DNA of 64,000 nucleotides from Gammaproteobacteria bacterium. GTDB taxonomy: Bacteria > Pseudomonadota > Gammaproteobacteria > Eutrophobiales > Eutrophobiaceae. Each line of letters starts with the position of its first letter. Positions within the stretch are counted from its first letter, which is position 1. Location: contig JBDNFW010000033.1 in assembly GCA_041689615.1 (NCBI GenBank), forward strand, positions 258,520-322,519, in the 5' to 3' direction. Made by a program: the position numbers and the translations under genes. Below the pieces are notes generated by a model. It was not told the DNA's origin, did not search any database, and was given only the letters and a program-made list of their open reading frames with translations. Of this stretch, positions 40,006 through 50,120 are shown in pieces.

Positions 40006-40857
40006 TCAGGCTGCCTTCTGGTGTATGGTCTTTCCTATCAGCGTAAATCTATCAGTTACTTTATAAAGGCTTTCTGAATGACCAATAAACATATGTGCGT
40101 CTTCTTTAAGTTTGTTTGCAAATTTCTCAAACAAAACACGTTGTGTATCTTTATTAAAGTAAATCACTACGTTTCGACAAAACAAAACATCAAATTGGCC
40201 TTGCATTGGCCAATCTCCCATCAAATTTAACTCTTTAAAAGTGATTAATTCTCTGAGTTTCGGACTAACTTTTACTTCACTAGATTCACATTCAATTCCT
40301 GGTTTTGAGAACCATTTATTAAAACGCTCCTTACTTACACCGCTAATTTTATCTTTTAGATAGATACCTTGACTGGCTTTAGAAAGAACATTGGTATCGA
40401 TATCGGTTGCCAATATTTTAACGTCCCAACTATTAATATTTGGAATGGATTCGAGCAAGGTCATCGCAATCGTGTAAGGCTCTTCACCGGTAGAACAACC
40501 GGCAGACCATATTCGTATTTGTTTTTCTCGTTTTCGCTGTTGTAATAAATATTTAACGACGGTATCGCCTAAATATTCAAAATGATGTGCCTCACGATAA
40601 AAACTGGTTAAGTTGGTGGTAATTGAATTAACAAACTCAACCAGCTCACCTTCCGGATTATTTTTAAGTAAATGACAATATTGATCAAAATTATCAAGAT
40701 CGAGTTTCCTTACACGTCGCGCCAATCGACCATAGACAAGATCTCTTTTCTTTTCGGTAAGAGCAATACCCGTTTTTTCCAAAACCATTTTAATAAGCCA
40801 GTTAAAATGCTTATCAGTAAACTTAAATTCACGTCTGGATTCCATCTTTATCCCCAA
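40006..40857 (-). CDS. cheR: chemotaxis methyltransferase CheR
   Basis: 283 aa. FFREAHHFEYL and IWSAGCSTGEEPYTIAM SAM-binding motif. Confidence 0.9.
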   Translation of the reverse strand: MGIKMESRREFKFTDKHFNWLIKMVLEKTGIALTEKKRDLVYGRLARRVRKLDLDNFDQYCHLLKNNPEGELVEFVNSITTNLTSFYREAHHFEYLGDTVVKYLLQQRKREKQIRIWSAGCSTGEEPYTIAMTLLESIPNINSWDVKILATDIDTNVLSKASQGIYLKDKISGVSKERFNKWFSKPGIECESSEVKVSPKLRELITFKELNLMGDWPMQGQFDVLFCRNVVIYFNKDTQRVLFEKFANKLKEDAHMFIGHSESLYKVTDRFTLIGKTIHQKAA

Positions 40858-40883
40858 GAGGAAGATGTGTTAAACAATCTTTC

Positions 40884-41342
40884 TTATGCTGCTATCGAAG
40901 GAAGGTTTACAATATCTTTCATACCTAGTAATTCTACTGCGTGACAAAAAGCCTCACTGGGTTTATCCCAGATAACCTTTTTGCCTCCCTCTATAGCGAA
41001 CAAATAGAACCCCAATAATAATTGCAAGGCTGCTGTATCAACTTTCTCTACCTGATCTGATTCGAATACCAACTCAGTTTCATCAGGACTAATATTATTT
41101 AACTCCTCCATTAATTCTGCGATGTCTCTAATAGTAATGGAGCTTTGCAGCTTAATTAAATAGGGAGCATTTCCTTTCTCTTCAACAACACTATCTCCTG
41201 TTGTCACCGCCTCTATATTCTCATTAAGCACTGAGATTTTTTCTTCTTCGCTTAACCATGCAAGAGGATCAACACCAATCAAATTCGTTTTATCTTTTGT
41301 TTTATCATTCATAGTTTTATCCTGTTTATATCGTTCGTCCAT
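40884..41342 (-). CDS. STAS-domain protein (anti-sigma antagonist-like) inside the che operon
   Basis: 152 aa. The C-terminal half has the STAS pattern (VDTAALQLLLGF). Confidence 0.5.
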   Translation of the reverse strand: MDERYKQDKTMNDKTKDKTNLIGVDPLAWLSEEEKISVLNENIEAVTTGDSVVEEKGNAPYLIKLQSSITIRDIAELMEELNNISPDETELVFESDQVEKVDTAALQLLLGFYLFAIEGGKKVIWDKPSEAFCHAVELLGMKDIVNLPSIAA

Positions 41343-42078
41343 GTGCTAAATCCAGCGCTAATGATCCATAATCAGCAGCACCATTACTATTTTTCCTGTA
41401 TTCAAATATAGTCTTTCCAAAACTGGGACATTCAGCAAGAGCCGCCGCTTCACGTATCCGGGTAGCGAGAACCTGTTTAGGGAAATATTGTTTCAACGTA
41501 TCCATCACTTGTTGTGGTAATCGACGGCGTGTATTAAATCGTGTCATAACAAACGATTCATGGATCTTATGCCCAAGTTTTTCAAAATTTTTGAATGTCC
41601 CTATCAGGTAAGATAAACCTTGCAAGGAGAGGTAATCACCCGCTACCGGAATCAAAGCTTCGTTAGTGGAGAAAAGTGCATTTATGACAAGCAAACCAGA
41701 AGCAGGTGGACAATCAATCAACACATAATCCTGATCCTGAAAACGACCTTTCATGGCATCTCGTAATAAAGTACCGCGTTTAATACCTCGCATCGCTTTA
41801 TATTCAAGACTTCCTAACTCAGGCCCTGAAGGTATGAGTGATAAACCAGGCCGTACTTGTTTGACACAGTCCTCGATCGGATATTCATCCAGCAACACTG
41901 AGTCGAGCCCAGGATTTTGCAAATAATCTTCACCCAAACTCGTCGTCAAATGTCCCTGTGGGTCAAGATCGATGACTGTGACCTTGTGTTGGTTCAAAAC
42001 AAGAGCGTGAGCTAAATTCGCTGTCGTCGTTGTTTTACCAACACCGCCCTTTTGGTTGATAACTGCTATTGTGCGCAT
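41326..42078 (-). CDS. ParA/MinD-family ATPase associated with the chemosensory cluster
   Basis: 250 aa. Deviant Walker A motif NQKGGVGKTTT. Confidence 0.8.
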   Translation of the reverse strand: MRTIAVINQKGGVGKTTTTANLAHALVLNQHKVTVIDLDPQGHLTTSLGEDYLQNPGLDSVLLDEYPIEDCVKQVRPGLSLIPSGPELGSLEYKAMRGIKRGTLLRDAMKGRFQDQDYVLIDCPPASGLLVINALFSTNEALIPVAGDYLSLQGLSYLIGTFKNFEKLGHKIHESFVMTRFNTRRRLPQQVMDTLKQYFPKQVLATRIREAAALAECPSFGKTIFEYRKNSNGAADYGSLALDLAHGRTI

Positions 42079-42153
42079 AAGTTCCCTCCATGCTGTTGTC
42101 CACTAAAGACAAACCTCTACCCAAAGCTTCTAGGGAAATTTCCAGAAACTATC

Positions 42154-45100
42154 CTAGAACTCATCCCACTCACTATCGCTACCAGCACCGGCGGCTTTGG
42201 ATTGTACTTTAGCCGCTGATTTCTTAGGTTGTGATTTTTCTGGAGTCCATGGTCGTTCATCTCTACTACGGCGTTCACCTGCAGCTGCTGTGCTACCGCC
42301 TGTTGAATTATTTCCTGTATTGAAAAATGATATCAACTCAGTTAAACCTTTGGCCTGCTCATCCATGGATTCACTAGCCGCTGCCGCTTCTTCAACCAAT
42401 GATGCGTTTTGTTGCGTCATCTCGTCCATTTGCGCTATGGCTTTATTAATCTGGTCTATACCGGTTGATTGCTCACTACTGGCTGCAGCTATCTCGGCAA
42501 TGATATCGTTAACTTTTTGCACTGAATCAACAATTTGTCCTAAGTTGGTACCGGATTCATTAACAAGTTTTGAACCTTCTTCAACTTTCTGTACGCTATC
42601 ATTAATCAGTGTCTTGATTTCCTTAGCAGCTCCGGCACTACGTTGAGCCAGATTTCGAACTTCGGCAGCAACAACCGCAAAGCCTCGACCCTGTTCACCT
42701 GCTCGGGCTGCTTCAACTGCGGCATTTAAAGCCAACAAATTAGTCTGGAAAGCAATCTCATCAATAACACCTATGATATCTGCAATCTTCTTGCTCGCCT
42801 GATTGATTTCACTCATTGCGGCAATCGCATCAGTCACTACAGCTCCACCTTTTTCAGCTTCAGTTCGTGCGCCCGCAGCCAATTGATTTGCCTGCTGTGC
42901 ATTGTCTGCATTTTGTTTCACTGTGCCAGTTAGCTCTTCAATACTGGAGGCTGTTTCTTCTAACGAAGACGCCTGCTCTTCAGTACGTTGACTTAGATCC
43001 AGGTTGCCCTGTGCAATTTCATTCGCAGAAGTATTAATAGAGCTTGCACTTTCACGAATCTCACCTACCATTTTCATTAGATTGGAAATTGAAGTATTCA
43101 CCGCACCTTGCATCGTCAAGAACTGACCTTCGAATTCACCATTCATCGTCTGTGTTAAATCACCATCAGACAAACTTTCAATAACACGAGTTGACTCATT
43201 GATAGGCACAACAACTGCATCCATCAAATTGTTAATCGATGAAGCCAATCTCTTTGTAAAACCGGAAAAGTCATCGACTTCAAGTCGAGTACCCAATTCA
43301 CCATTAGTTGCAGCATTGATAAGATTTTCTATTTGTCGCTCTGCATTTTTTTCCTCAGTAATATCACGCCATTCAACCATGTTGCCCATGTAGTTGCCTT
43401 CGGGATCTGTAATGGCAGTGGCATTCAATCCAAACTCCATGCCACCTACTTTTATTTCAGCATTGGCAGGCAAACTAGCCACATCACCTAACAAACGTCG
43501 TTGATGTGCCGGATTTTTATGAAACTGATCTATACATTCGCCTACCAACTTATCAACATTCAGACTAGGCCAGATAGAACGTAATTCAGTTTGTCGATTT
43601 CTTAACATTTCAACAACAGCAGGGTTAACATAAGTGATATTCAAATCCTCATCACAAAGCATCAAGTTAGCCTGTGCGCCATCAACAGCCGATTGCAAAC
43701 GTGCCACTTCAAGATCACGTTGACGCATTGCAGTCACGTCTTCCCATTCCAGTGTTGTACCGATGTAAGTACCGTTCAGATCCATTTGTGCTGAAACCAC
43801 CAGTTTGAACTTGAGATCAAGAATTTCAATATCGGTTGTGTAAGGTAGGTTCTTTGGATCATCTAATAATTTACGTTGATGCGCTGGGTTTTTATGAAAC
43901 ACATCGATACACGTACCCATAACATTGTTTGCATCAAAACCAGGCCAATTCTCAGCGAATTTAGCCTGATGTTTTGCCAATAATGCGTTAGTTGATTCAT
44001 TAACATAAGTAATGATGAAATCACGGTCGATCATGATCATTGGTGATTGCGCACCATCAACAGCGACTTGTAAGCGAGCTGAGGCTATTTGTTGTTGACG
44101 TAATGCGGTACCATCAGTTGCATATTTGACAACTTTAAAAGTATTTCCATTCATATCAAAAACGGCGTTGTAACTTGCATTGAGCCAAAGCTCTTCACCT
44201 TTCTTATTTAAACGTTTGAATTGACCGCTCTGTGATTCGCCGTTACTTAACTTTTTCCAAAAATCCTTGTATTCCTGACTTCCTGCATAGGTAGCATCAA
44301 CAAACATACTGTGATGTTTTCCTTTGATCTCTTCTAACGTGTAACCAACTGCATTAGTAAAATTTTCATTCGCAGTAATAATCGTACCATCGAGATTAAA
44401 CTCGATCGCTGCTTGAGTTTTACTTATAGCGTCCAACTTTCCTGAAAAATCGGCATACTCAAGTTTTTGAGCGGTCACGTCAGTCGCAAACTTCACAACT
44501 TTATAAGCCTTTCCATCTTTAAAGACTGGGTTGTAAGAGGCATTAATCCAGATTTCTTTACCACCCTTTCCGATACGTTTGTATTCACCGGCATCGAACT
44601 CACCACGATTCAGTTTTTCCCAGAATTGTTTGTATTCCGGACTTGCTGCATAAGTAGGCTCAACAAACATACTGTGATGCTTACCTTGAATCTCTTCCAA
44701 ACTATAATCTATGACATTTAGAAAATTTTCATTCGCTGTGATGACTGTACCATCCAGATTGAATTCAATCGTTCCCTGTACCTTATCTATTGCGGTAATC
44801 TTGCCCAACAACTCTTCATGTTGTTTTTTAAGACTATCCAATTCTTGTTTCAATGTTTCGTTGTTATCTAAATTATCCATTTTTTGATCCTCTTCTTTCA
44901 TTTCTTCATTTCCCGAATTTTCGTATGCACCCAACATTGCTGATGCGACCGTGTTTAAAGCATTTGTCCAGGCCTGTTTAACATCATCGGTCCACAGGTC
45001 TCCTGCAAATTCACTCATTACTTCAAGTAATACTTCTGCTACTGCCGGATACTGCTCGGCAACAACACCATATTTCTGATGATTCTTTCCCAGATTACTT

Positions 45101-45336
45101 AGGGCTGGCCCTAATACATCGGGCTTACGAATGTTATTAACTACCAGCGCCAATCCGGACAAGAGTTTCTTTTCTTGCTCTTTCTGATCAACATTGGCAA
45201 ACATCGGTTTCACATCCGGGTAGCGTGAAAACAATTCACTGTAGAATTTTTCTACCAATGCCTCACCCTGAGGTGCAAGTTTGGCAAAGGTGTCTTCGAC
45301 TAATTTAATCTGTCTTTGGGTCAGCTTTTTGCTCAT
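42154..45336 (-). CDS. soluble chemoreceptor: N-terminal Vgb/Hmp-type globin, 4 PAS domains (two tandem pairs), MCP signalling domain
   Basis: 1060 aa. Globin domain (KNHQKYGVVAEQYPAVAEVLLEVM, proximal His context). PAS repeats (GTIEFNLDGT.ITANENF; FHKNPAHQR). MCP tip [32 protein letters not shown]. No TM segments are evident. Confidence 0.85.
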   Translation of the reverse strand: MSKKLTQRQIKLVEDTFAKLAPQGEALVEKFYSELFSRYPDVKPMFANVDQKEQEKKLLSGLALVVNNIRKPDVLGPALSNLGKNHQKYGVVAEQYPAVAEVLLEVMSEFAGDLWTDDVKQAWTNALNTVASAMLGAYENSGNEEMKEEDQKMDNLDNNETLKQELDSLKKQHEELLGKITAIDKVQGTIEFNLDGTVITANENFLNVIDYSLEEIQGKHHSMFVEPTYAASPEYKQFWEKLNRGEFDAGEYKRIGKGGKEIWINASYNPVFKDGKAYKVVKFATDVTAQKLEYADFSGKLDAISKTQAAIEFNLDGTIITANENFTNAVGYTLEEIKGKHHSMFVDATYAGSQEYKDFWKKLSNGESQSGQFKRLNKKGEELWLNASYNAVFDMNGNTFKVVKYATDGTALRQQQIASARLQVAVDGAQSPMIMIDRDFIITYVNESTNALLAKHQAKFAENWPGFDANNVMGTCIDVFHKNPAHQRKLLDDPKNLPYTTDIEILDLKFKLVVSAQMDLNGTYIGTTLEWEDVTAMRQRDLEVARLQSAVDGAQANLMLCDEDLNITYVNPAVVEMLRNRQTELRSIWPSLNVDKLVGECIDQFHKNPAHQRRLLGDVASLPANAEIKVGGMEFGLNATAITDPEGNYMGNMVEWRDITEEKNAERQIENLINAATNGELGTRLEVDDFSGFTKRLASSINNLMDAVVVPINESTRVIESLSDGDLTQTMNGEFEGQFLTMQGAVNTSISNLMKMVGEIRESASSINTSANEIAQGNLDLSQRTEEQASSLEETASSIEELTGTVKQNADNAQQANQLAAGARTEAEKGGAVVTDAIAAMSEINQASKKIADIIGVIDEIAFQTNLLALNAAVEAARAGEQGRGFAVVAAEVRNLAQRSAGAAKEIKTLINDSVQKVEEGSKLVNESGTNLGQIVDSVQKVNDIIAEIAAASSEQSTGIDQINKAIAQMDEMTQQNASLVEEAAAASESMDEQAKGLTELISFFNTGNNSTGGSTAAAGERRSRDERPWTPEKSQPKKSAAKVQSKAAGAGSDSEWDEF

Positions 45337-45380
45337 ATCAATATCCTTGGCATACTATAAAATAACCATTTTTAAATTAA

Positions 45381-45824
45381 TTAAACTGCAATTTTATGTT
45401 CAATTTCATCATAGGCCGCCAGCATTATTTCGGCGACGGTGTTCAGTGCATTGGTCCAGGCTTGTTTAACGTCATCCGTCCATAAGTCACCCGCCATGTC
45501 GCTCATGACACTCAGTAATGTCTCTGCCACTACCGGATAATGTGCGGCAACTGCACCGTAGCCTTGATGTTTTTTACCGAGATTACTCAAGGCAGGGCCT
45601 AAGTCCTCTGGTTTACGTAAGTTATTAATCACTAGCACCAGACCCGACAGAAGCTTCTTTTCTTGTTCCTTTTGATTAACATTCTTAAACATCGGCTTCA
45701 CTTCAGGATGACGAGAAAATAATTCACTGTAAAATTTTTCAACCAGAACCGCACCCTGAGGCGCAAGTTTACCGAACGTTTCTTCGAGTAGTTCTATTTG
45801 TGTCTCGTTTAGTGGTTCGTTCAT
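45381..45824 (-). CDS. single-domain haemoglobin (Vitreoscilla Vgb / flavohaemoglobin N-domain type)
   Basis: 147 aa. About 75 % identical to the globin domain of the adjacent MCP. KKHQGYGAVAAHYPVVAETLL aligns with Vgb [20 protein letters not shown]. Confidence 0.8.
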   Translation of the reverse strand: MNEPLNETQIELLEETFGKLAPQGAVLVEKFYSELFSRHPEVKPMFKNVNQKEQEKKLLSGLVLVINNLRKPEDLGPALSNLGKKHQGYGAVAAHYPVVAETLLSVMSDMAGDLWTDDVKQAWTNALNTVAEIMLAAYDEIEHKIAV

Positions 45825-45868
45825 TTTTTTGCTCTCTGATTCGACTAAATTATTATTCTGATTAATGT

Positions 45869-46411
45869 TTAGTGTGTTGTTGGACTTTTTTTTTGAGCAT
45901 TAGCTGAATTAACAACTTGAGTAATATCAATATCTGCATCAATAAGATGATCAATATCCAGCAAGATCAACATCTTTTCATCAACCGTTGCCAGTCCTTT
46001 GACAAACTTTGTATTAACGGCTTTACCAAAATCTGGCGATGGTTTTAATTGTTCTTCGGTCAAGTTATAAACATCGGATACGGCATCAACAATAAAACCG
46101 ATAGTTTTTTCCTTTTTCTCGGTTTTTGTCTTTAAGACGATAACAACTGTCGTATTGCTATATTCAACTTGTTCAAGTTCAAATCGACTTCGAAGATCGA
46201 CAATTGGCACTATCGTGCCACGCAGGTTCATAACGCCTTGTATATATTTAGGCGTATTTGGAATTTCTGTAGCACTTTCCCAACCTTTGATTTCCTGAAC
46301 CCTTAAAATATCCACACCATATTCTTCACCCGCTAACATAAACGTCAGAAATTGATTGGCATTATCTGAATCTAATTCAACAACACTTTCTTCTCTAACT
46401 TCAGCGTTCAT
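45869..46411 (-). CDS. cheW: CheW coupling protein
   Basis: 180 aa. GVMNLRGTIVPIVDLR CheW motif. Confidence 0.85.
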   Translation of the reverse strand: MNAEVREESVVELDSDNANQFLTFMLAGEEYGVDILRVQEIKGWESATEIPNTPKYIQGVMNLRGTIVPIVDLRSRFELEQVEYSNTTVVIVLKTKTEKKEKTIGFIVDAVSDVYNLTEEQLKPSPDFGKAVNTKFVKGLATVDEKMLILLDIDHLIDADIDITQVVNSANAQKKSPTTH

Positions 46412-46423
46412 AATTCCTTACTC

Positions 46424-48493
46424 CTATGCTGCTTGGTTATTCATAACAGATGATGTTTTATATTCTTCTTGCTTACGATAGAGACCTAATAGACTTGTTA
46501 CATCTAGAATCATTGCGACGGTACCATCACCTAAAATAGTCGCACCAGATACGCCTTCTACCTTTTGGAAATTTGTTTCCAGACTTTTTATAACAACTTG
46601 TTGCTGAGCAAGTAAGTCGTCAATAAACAAACCTACTTTTTGACCTTCTGATTCAACAACAACTAATAGACCATTTACAAGTTCTGTATTATTACTAGCG
46701 ACATTAAATATTTCATGTAAACGTAATATAGGTAGATAATCTTCACGTAACCTATAAACCTCTGCATCACCTGTAATCGATTTAGTGTGCTCTTCTTTTA
46801 TTTGTATTGATTCGATAATTGAAACTAAAGGAATAATGTAAGTTTGAGTACCTACTTTAATGAGTTGTCCATCGAGTATTGCCAGTGTTAATGGTAAGCG
46901 TATTGTAAAGACTGAACCTTTACCTTCTTCTGATTTAACTTCGACAGTTCCACCAAGGTCATGAATATTACGTTTGACAACATCCATACCGACGCCGCGA
47001 CCGGATACATCACTAACTACTTCAGCGGTTGAAAAACCGGCATGGAAAATAAGTTCATTAATTCTTCTATCCGATAGTGTTTCGCCTTCCTTAACGAGTC
47101 CACGTTCAATTGCTTTACTTAGAATTCGTTCTCTATTAAGGCCAGCGCCGTCATCTTCAATATCAATAACGATATTGCCACCCTCATGATAAGCATTAAG
47201 ATGTATTGTGCCTGTTTCCGGCTTACCTGCAGCAAGACGAACTTCAGGCATTTCGATGCCATGATCGAGTGAATTTCTTACCAGATGAACAAGTGGATCA
47301 CCAATCTTCTCCATGACTGTCTTATCAAGTTCTGTTCCTTCACCTGACAATTTAAGCTCGATTTTTTTATTCAACTTGCTACTTAAATCATGAACCAGTC
47401 GAGGAAATCGGTTAAACGAAAAACTGATTGGCAACATACGAATTTGCATCACATTTTCTTGTAGTTCACGCGTATTTCGTTCCAACTGTTTTAGACCATC
47501 GCTTAACTTCTCAACATCTTTCATATCAAAGTCTTCACCAAATTGTCCTAGCATCGATTGAGTGATAACCAGTTCGCCGACCATATTAATCAATGTATCA
47601 ATTTTATCTGTATTAACTCGTATAGAAGATGATTCGCTACTAGCACCATGGCGGTCAGTACTTCTTCTATCTCCTGCTCTTCTATCTCCTGCTCTTCTAT
47701 CTTCTGCTGATGCTACTTCTTTTACTTGATTATCAGTTGATGGCTTATTGTCATTATTTGTTTCAATTGAATCACTAGAACTAATTTGAGTGATAATTAA
47801 CTCGCAATCATCTTCTACCCATTCAAAGACTTCTTTCACTTTATCTTCGTCAACATCCGTCGTAAGAGTTAGATCCCATGACAAATAACATTCTTCAGTA
47901 TCGTATTTATCAAAGGGAGGCAGATTATCAATATGAAGCTCGGTGGATAATTCACCAAACTCTTCCAGTTCGCGGAACATGCGTAAAGGGTCATTGCCTG
48001 TCTGGAACATATGATGATGAGGTACAAAATTAATATGCCAACCAGAACCGGCTAGACTACTGTCACTACTTTCACCAGCGTCCACTTCAGTCTGAGAATT
48101 TGATTCAACTCCCAATGCCTTTTCTAGTTCACTCTGGACTGACTTGATATGCTCTTCGTCTATTTCTGTTTTATCTCGTGCTGCTGATAGCATCTCACGT
48201 AAGCAATCAACTGAAGTTAGTAATAAATTGACCTCTTCCTGATTCAGCTCATGTTTCCCTGAACGAACATCATCAAGTAGCGTTTCAAGAACATGCGTAA
48301 AACCGGTTATCTCATTAAAACCAAAACTACCACTACCACCTTTGATAGAATGCGCGGCACGAAATATTTTGTTTATTTCTTCATCACCAGGATCTTTATA
48401 ATCGAGCTCAAGAAGCTCGGTTTCCATAATTTCCAAGCCTTCAAAACTTTCTTCAAAGAAGACACCGTGAAACTGAGTTAGGTCAATCGACAT
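46424..48493 (-). CDS. cheA: CheA histidine kinase (Hpt-linker-dimerisation-HATPase-CheW)
   Basis: 689 aa. Hpt motif FRAAHSIKGGSGSFGF. HATPase G-boxes. C-terminal CheW-like domain. RRAGDRRAGDRRSTDR low-complexity linker. Confidence 0.9.
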   Translation of the reverse strand: MSIDLTQFHGVFFEESFEGLEIMETELLELDYKDPGDEEINKIFRAAHSIKGGSGSFGFNEITGFTHVLETLLDDVRSGKHELNQEEVNLLLTSVDCLREMLSAARDKTEIDEEHIKSVQSELEKALGVESNSQTEVDAGESSDSSLAGSGWHINFVPHHHMFQTGNDPLRMFRELEEFGELSTELHIDNLPPFDKYDTEECYLSWDLTLTTDVDEDKVKEVFEWVEDDCELIITQISSSDSIETNNDNKPSTDNQVKEVASAEDRRAGDRRAGDRRSTDRHGASSESSSIRVNTDKIDTLINMVGELVITQSMLGQFGEDFDMKDVEKLSDGLKQLERNTRELQENVMQIRMLPISFSFNRFPRLVHDLSSKLNKKIELKLSGEGTELDKTVMEKIGDPLVHLVRNSLDHGIEMPEVRLAAGKPETGTIHLNAYHEGGNIVIDIEDDGAGLNRERILSKAIERGLVKEGETLSDRRINELIFHAGFSTAEVVSDVSGRGVGMDVVKRNIHDLGGTVEVKSEEGKGSVFTIRLPLTLAILDGQLIKVGTQTYIIPLVSIIESIQIKEEHTKSITGDAEVYRLREDYLPILRLHEIFNVASNNTELVNGLLVVVESEGQKVGLFIDDLLAQQQVVIKSLETNFQKVEGVSGATILGDGTVAMILDVTSLLGLYRKQEEYKTSSVMNNQAA
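47637..47702 (-). repeat. 15-bp tandem repeat (ctcctgctcttctat, about 2.5 copies) encoding the RRAGD repeats in the CheA linker
   Basis: Direct tandem copies are visible in the DNA. Confidence 0.7.
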
Positions 48494-48551
48494 TATTTCT
48501 CTTCCTTAATGTATTCTTCATTTAAAATTCTTCCCTTAATAATTTTTCTAA

Positions 48552-48932
48552 TCAGGCAATAACTTTTTTAATGGTTGCGAGCAATTGATCTGGATTAAAT
48601 GGTTTAACTAACCAGCCTGTCGCTCCAGCAGTCTTTCCTTTGCCTTTCATATCGGCTGATGATTCAGTAGTTAACATCAACATAGGCGTATGTTTATAAT
48701 TAGGTAACTTACGTAACTCCTGTATTAATGTGATGCCATCCATATTCGGCATATTGACATCCGTCAATACTGCGTCAGAATTACTAGCTTTCGCTTTGTT
48801 TAGAGCATCCACTCCATCCACAGCTTCTATCACATCGTAACCTGCTCCTTTTAATGTGAATGCCACCATTTGGCGCATTGAAGCTGAATCATCTACTGTA
48901 AGAATTGTTGCCATAATAATTGATATCCTCAA
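48552..48932 (-). CDS. cheY: CheY response regulator
   Basis: 126 aa. Intact DD (TVDDSASM), phospho-Asp context LTDVNMPNMDG and KP. Confidence 0.9.
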   Translation of the reverse strand: MRISIIMATILTVDDSASMRQMVAFTLKGAGYDVIEAVDGVDALNKAKASNSDAVLTDVNMPNMDGITLIQELRKLPNYKHTPMLMLTTESSADMKGKGKTAGATGWLVKPFNPDQLLATIKKVIA

Positions 48933-49321
48933 TAATCAATTTAAATCCATTAAAAAACGTTGCATTTTACAGCGCTACATTCTTTATCGGCATTCAGTTT
49001 CTTTTCTTTAACGCTTGAATCAACAAAATTAAGAAAAATAAATAATCCTGCTTTTGAATGTACCTGCATAAAGTTTGCCAATTAGAGTCAAGATTAATCC
49101 TTTTCAAATGTACTTATAATTCATGTGCTTACGAATACAGGATGTAGAAGGTGAAATCTAACTTTGAGAAGATGTCAAATAGACGTCACCATCGGGAAAA
49201 TACTTACCGGCTTTGTCTATCAATAATGCTAAATGTTTTAGCAAAGCTCTGTGCGTATTACCGAACATGGAATGATGAATATAGAGTAATCACCTAAAGA
49301 GATTTCTGATAGAATGGGCGC

Positions 49322-49987
49322 ATGCTTAAAGTACTCAGTAACAGTAAATTTTTAATCCCAGCGATGGTCATCCTCGCCGTATTAGCGGCAAGCAGTGGCT
49401 TTTATATCTCGTTAAAGCAATCACAAAATCAACAGCAACCAGACTTTGGATCGTCGCCAAATATCGAAGGCTTATTCTGGCCAAACCCGAAACAAATACT
49501 CGATTTCAATACACTGGATCAAACAGGTAATACATTTGGACTTGAACAGGTAAAAGGCAAATGGTCGTTTGTTTTCTTCGGCTACACACACTGTCCCGAT
49601 GTCTGTCCTGTTACTATGTCAGTCATGAGCGAAACATATAAGCAACTTTCAGTTGATTACGATGACTTACAAATTCTCTTTGTCAGTGTTGATCCTGAAC
49701 GCGATACCACAGAAAAGCTGGCTCAATATGTTTCCTATTTTAATGAAGATTTTATTGGCTTGGGTGGTGATACTGAAAAAGTTGACAGCTTAACGAAACA
49801 AATTGGCGTAGCGTACTATCTAAATAATGAGGAACAAGAAGATGGGTATTTAGTTGATCATTCAGCATCAATTTTTGTCTTTGATCCTAAAGCGCGCTTA
49901 GTTGGAAAACTATCAGCACCACATGAGTCAGCAAAGGTTATCGAGCAGTTCACTAATATAAAAAACTTCATTGACGGAACCCTATAA
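49322..49987 (+). CDS. sco1: SCO1/SenC copper chaperone (thioredoxin-like)
   Basis: 221 aa. N-terminal TM helix. FFGYTHCPDVCP Cu-binding CxxxC motif. Confidence 0.8.
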   Translation: MLKVLSNSKFLIPAMVILAVLAASSGFYISLKQSQNQQQPDFGSSPNIEGLFWPNPKQILDFNTLDQTGNTFGLEQVKGKWSFVFFGYTHCPDVCPVTMSVMSETYKQLSVDYDDLQILFVSVDPERDTTEKLAQYVSYFNEDFIGLGGDTEKVDSLTKQIGVAYYLNNEEQEDGYLVDHSASIFVFDPKARLVGKLSAPHESAKVIEQFTNIKNFIDGTL

Positions 49988-49990
49988 AAA

Positions 49991-50120
49991 TGCACTTTTT
50001 TCACAATAGCTGTGTCAGTGTCGTGCTCAAATACTCACAGAGTACGATGTCCTCATTTATTATTAATACACTCCGGTTTTCCGCGCGCGCCTTCCTTACT
50101 CGTGCAAAAAAAATTACTAT
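49991..50120. repeat. intercistronic repeat element copy C (sco1/pcuAC spacer), flanked by inverted repeats GGAACCCTATAAAAA (49976-49990, contains the sco1 stop) and TTTTTATAAGGTTCC (50121-50135, contains the pcuAC SD)
   Basis: aaaaatgcactttttt...gtgctcaaatactcacagagtacgatgtcctcat...ccttccttactcgtgcaaaaaaaa matches copies A and B. Confidence 0.6.
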
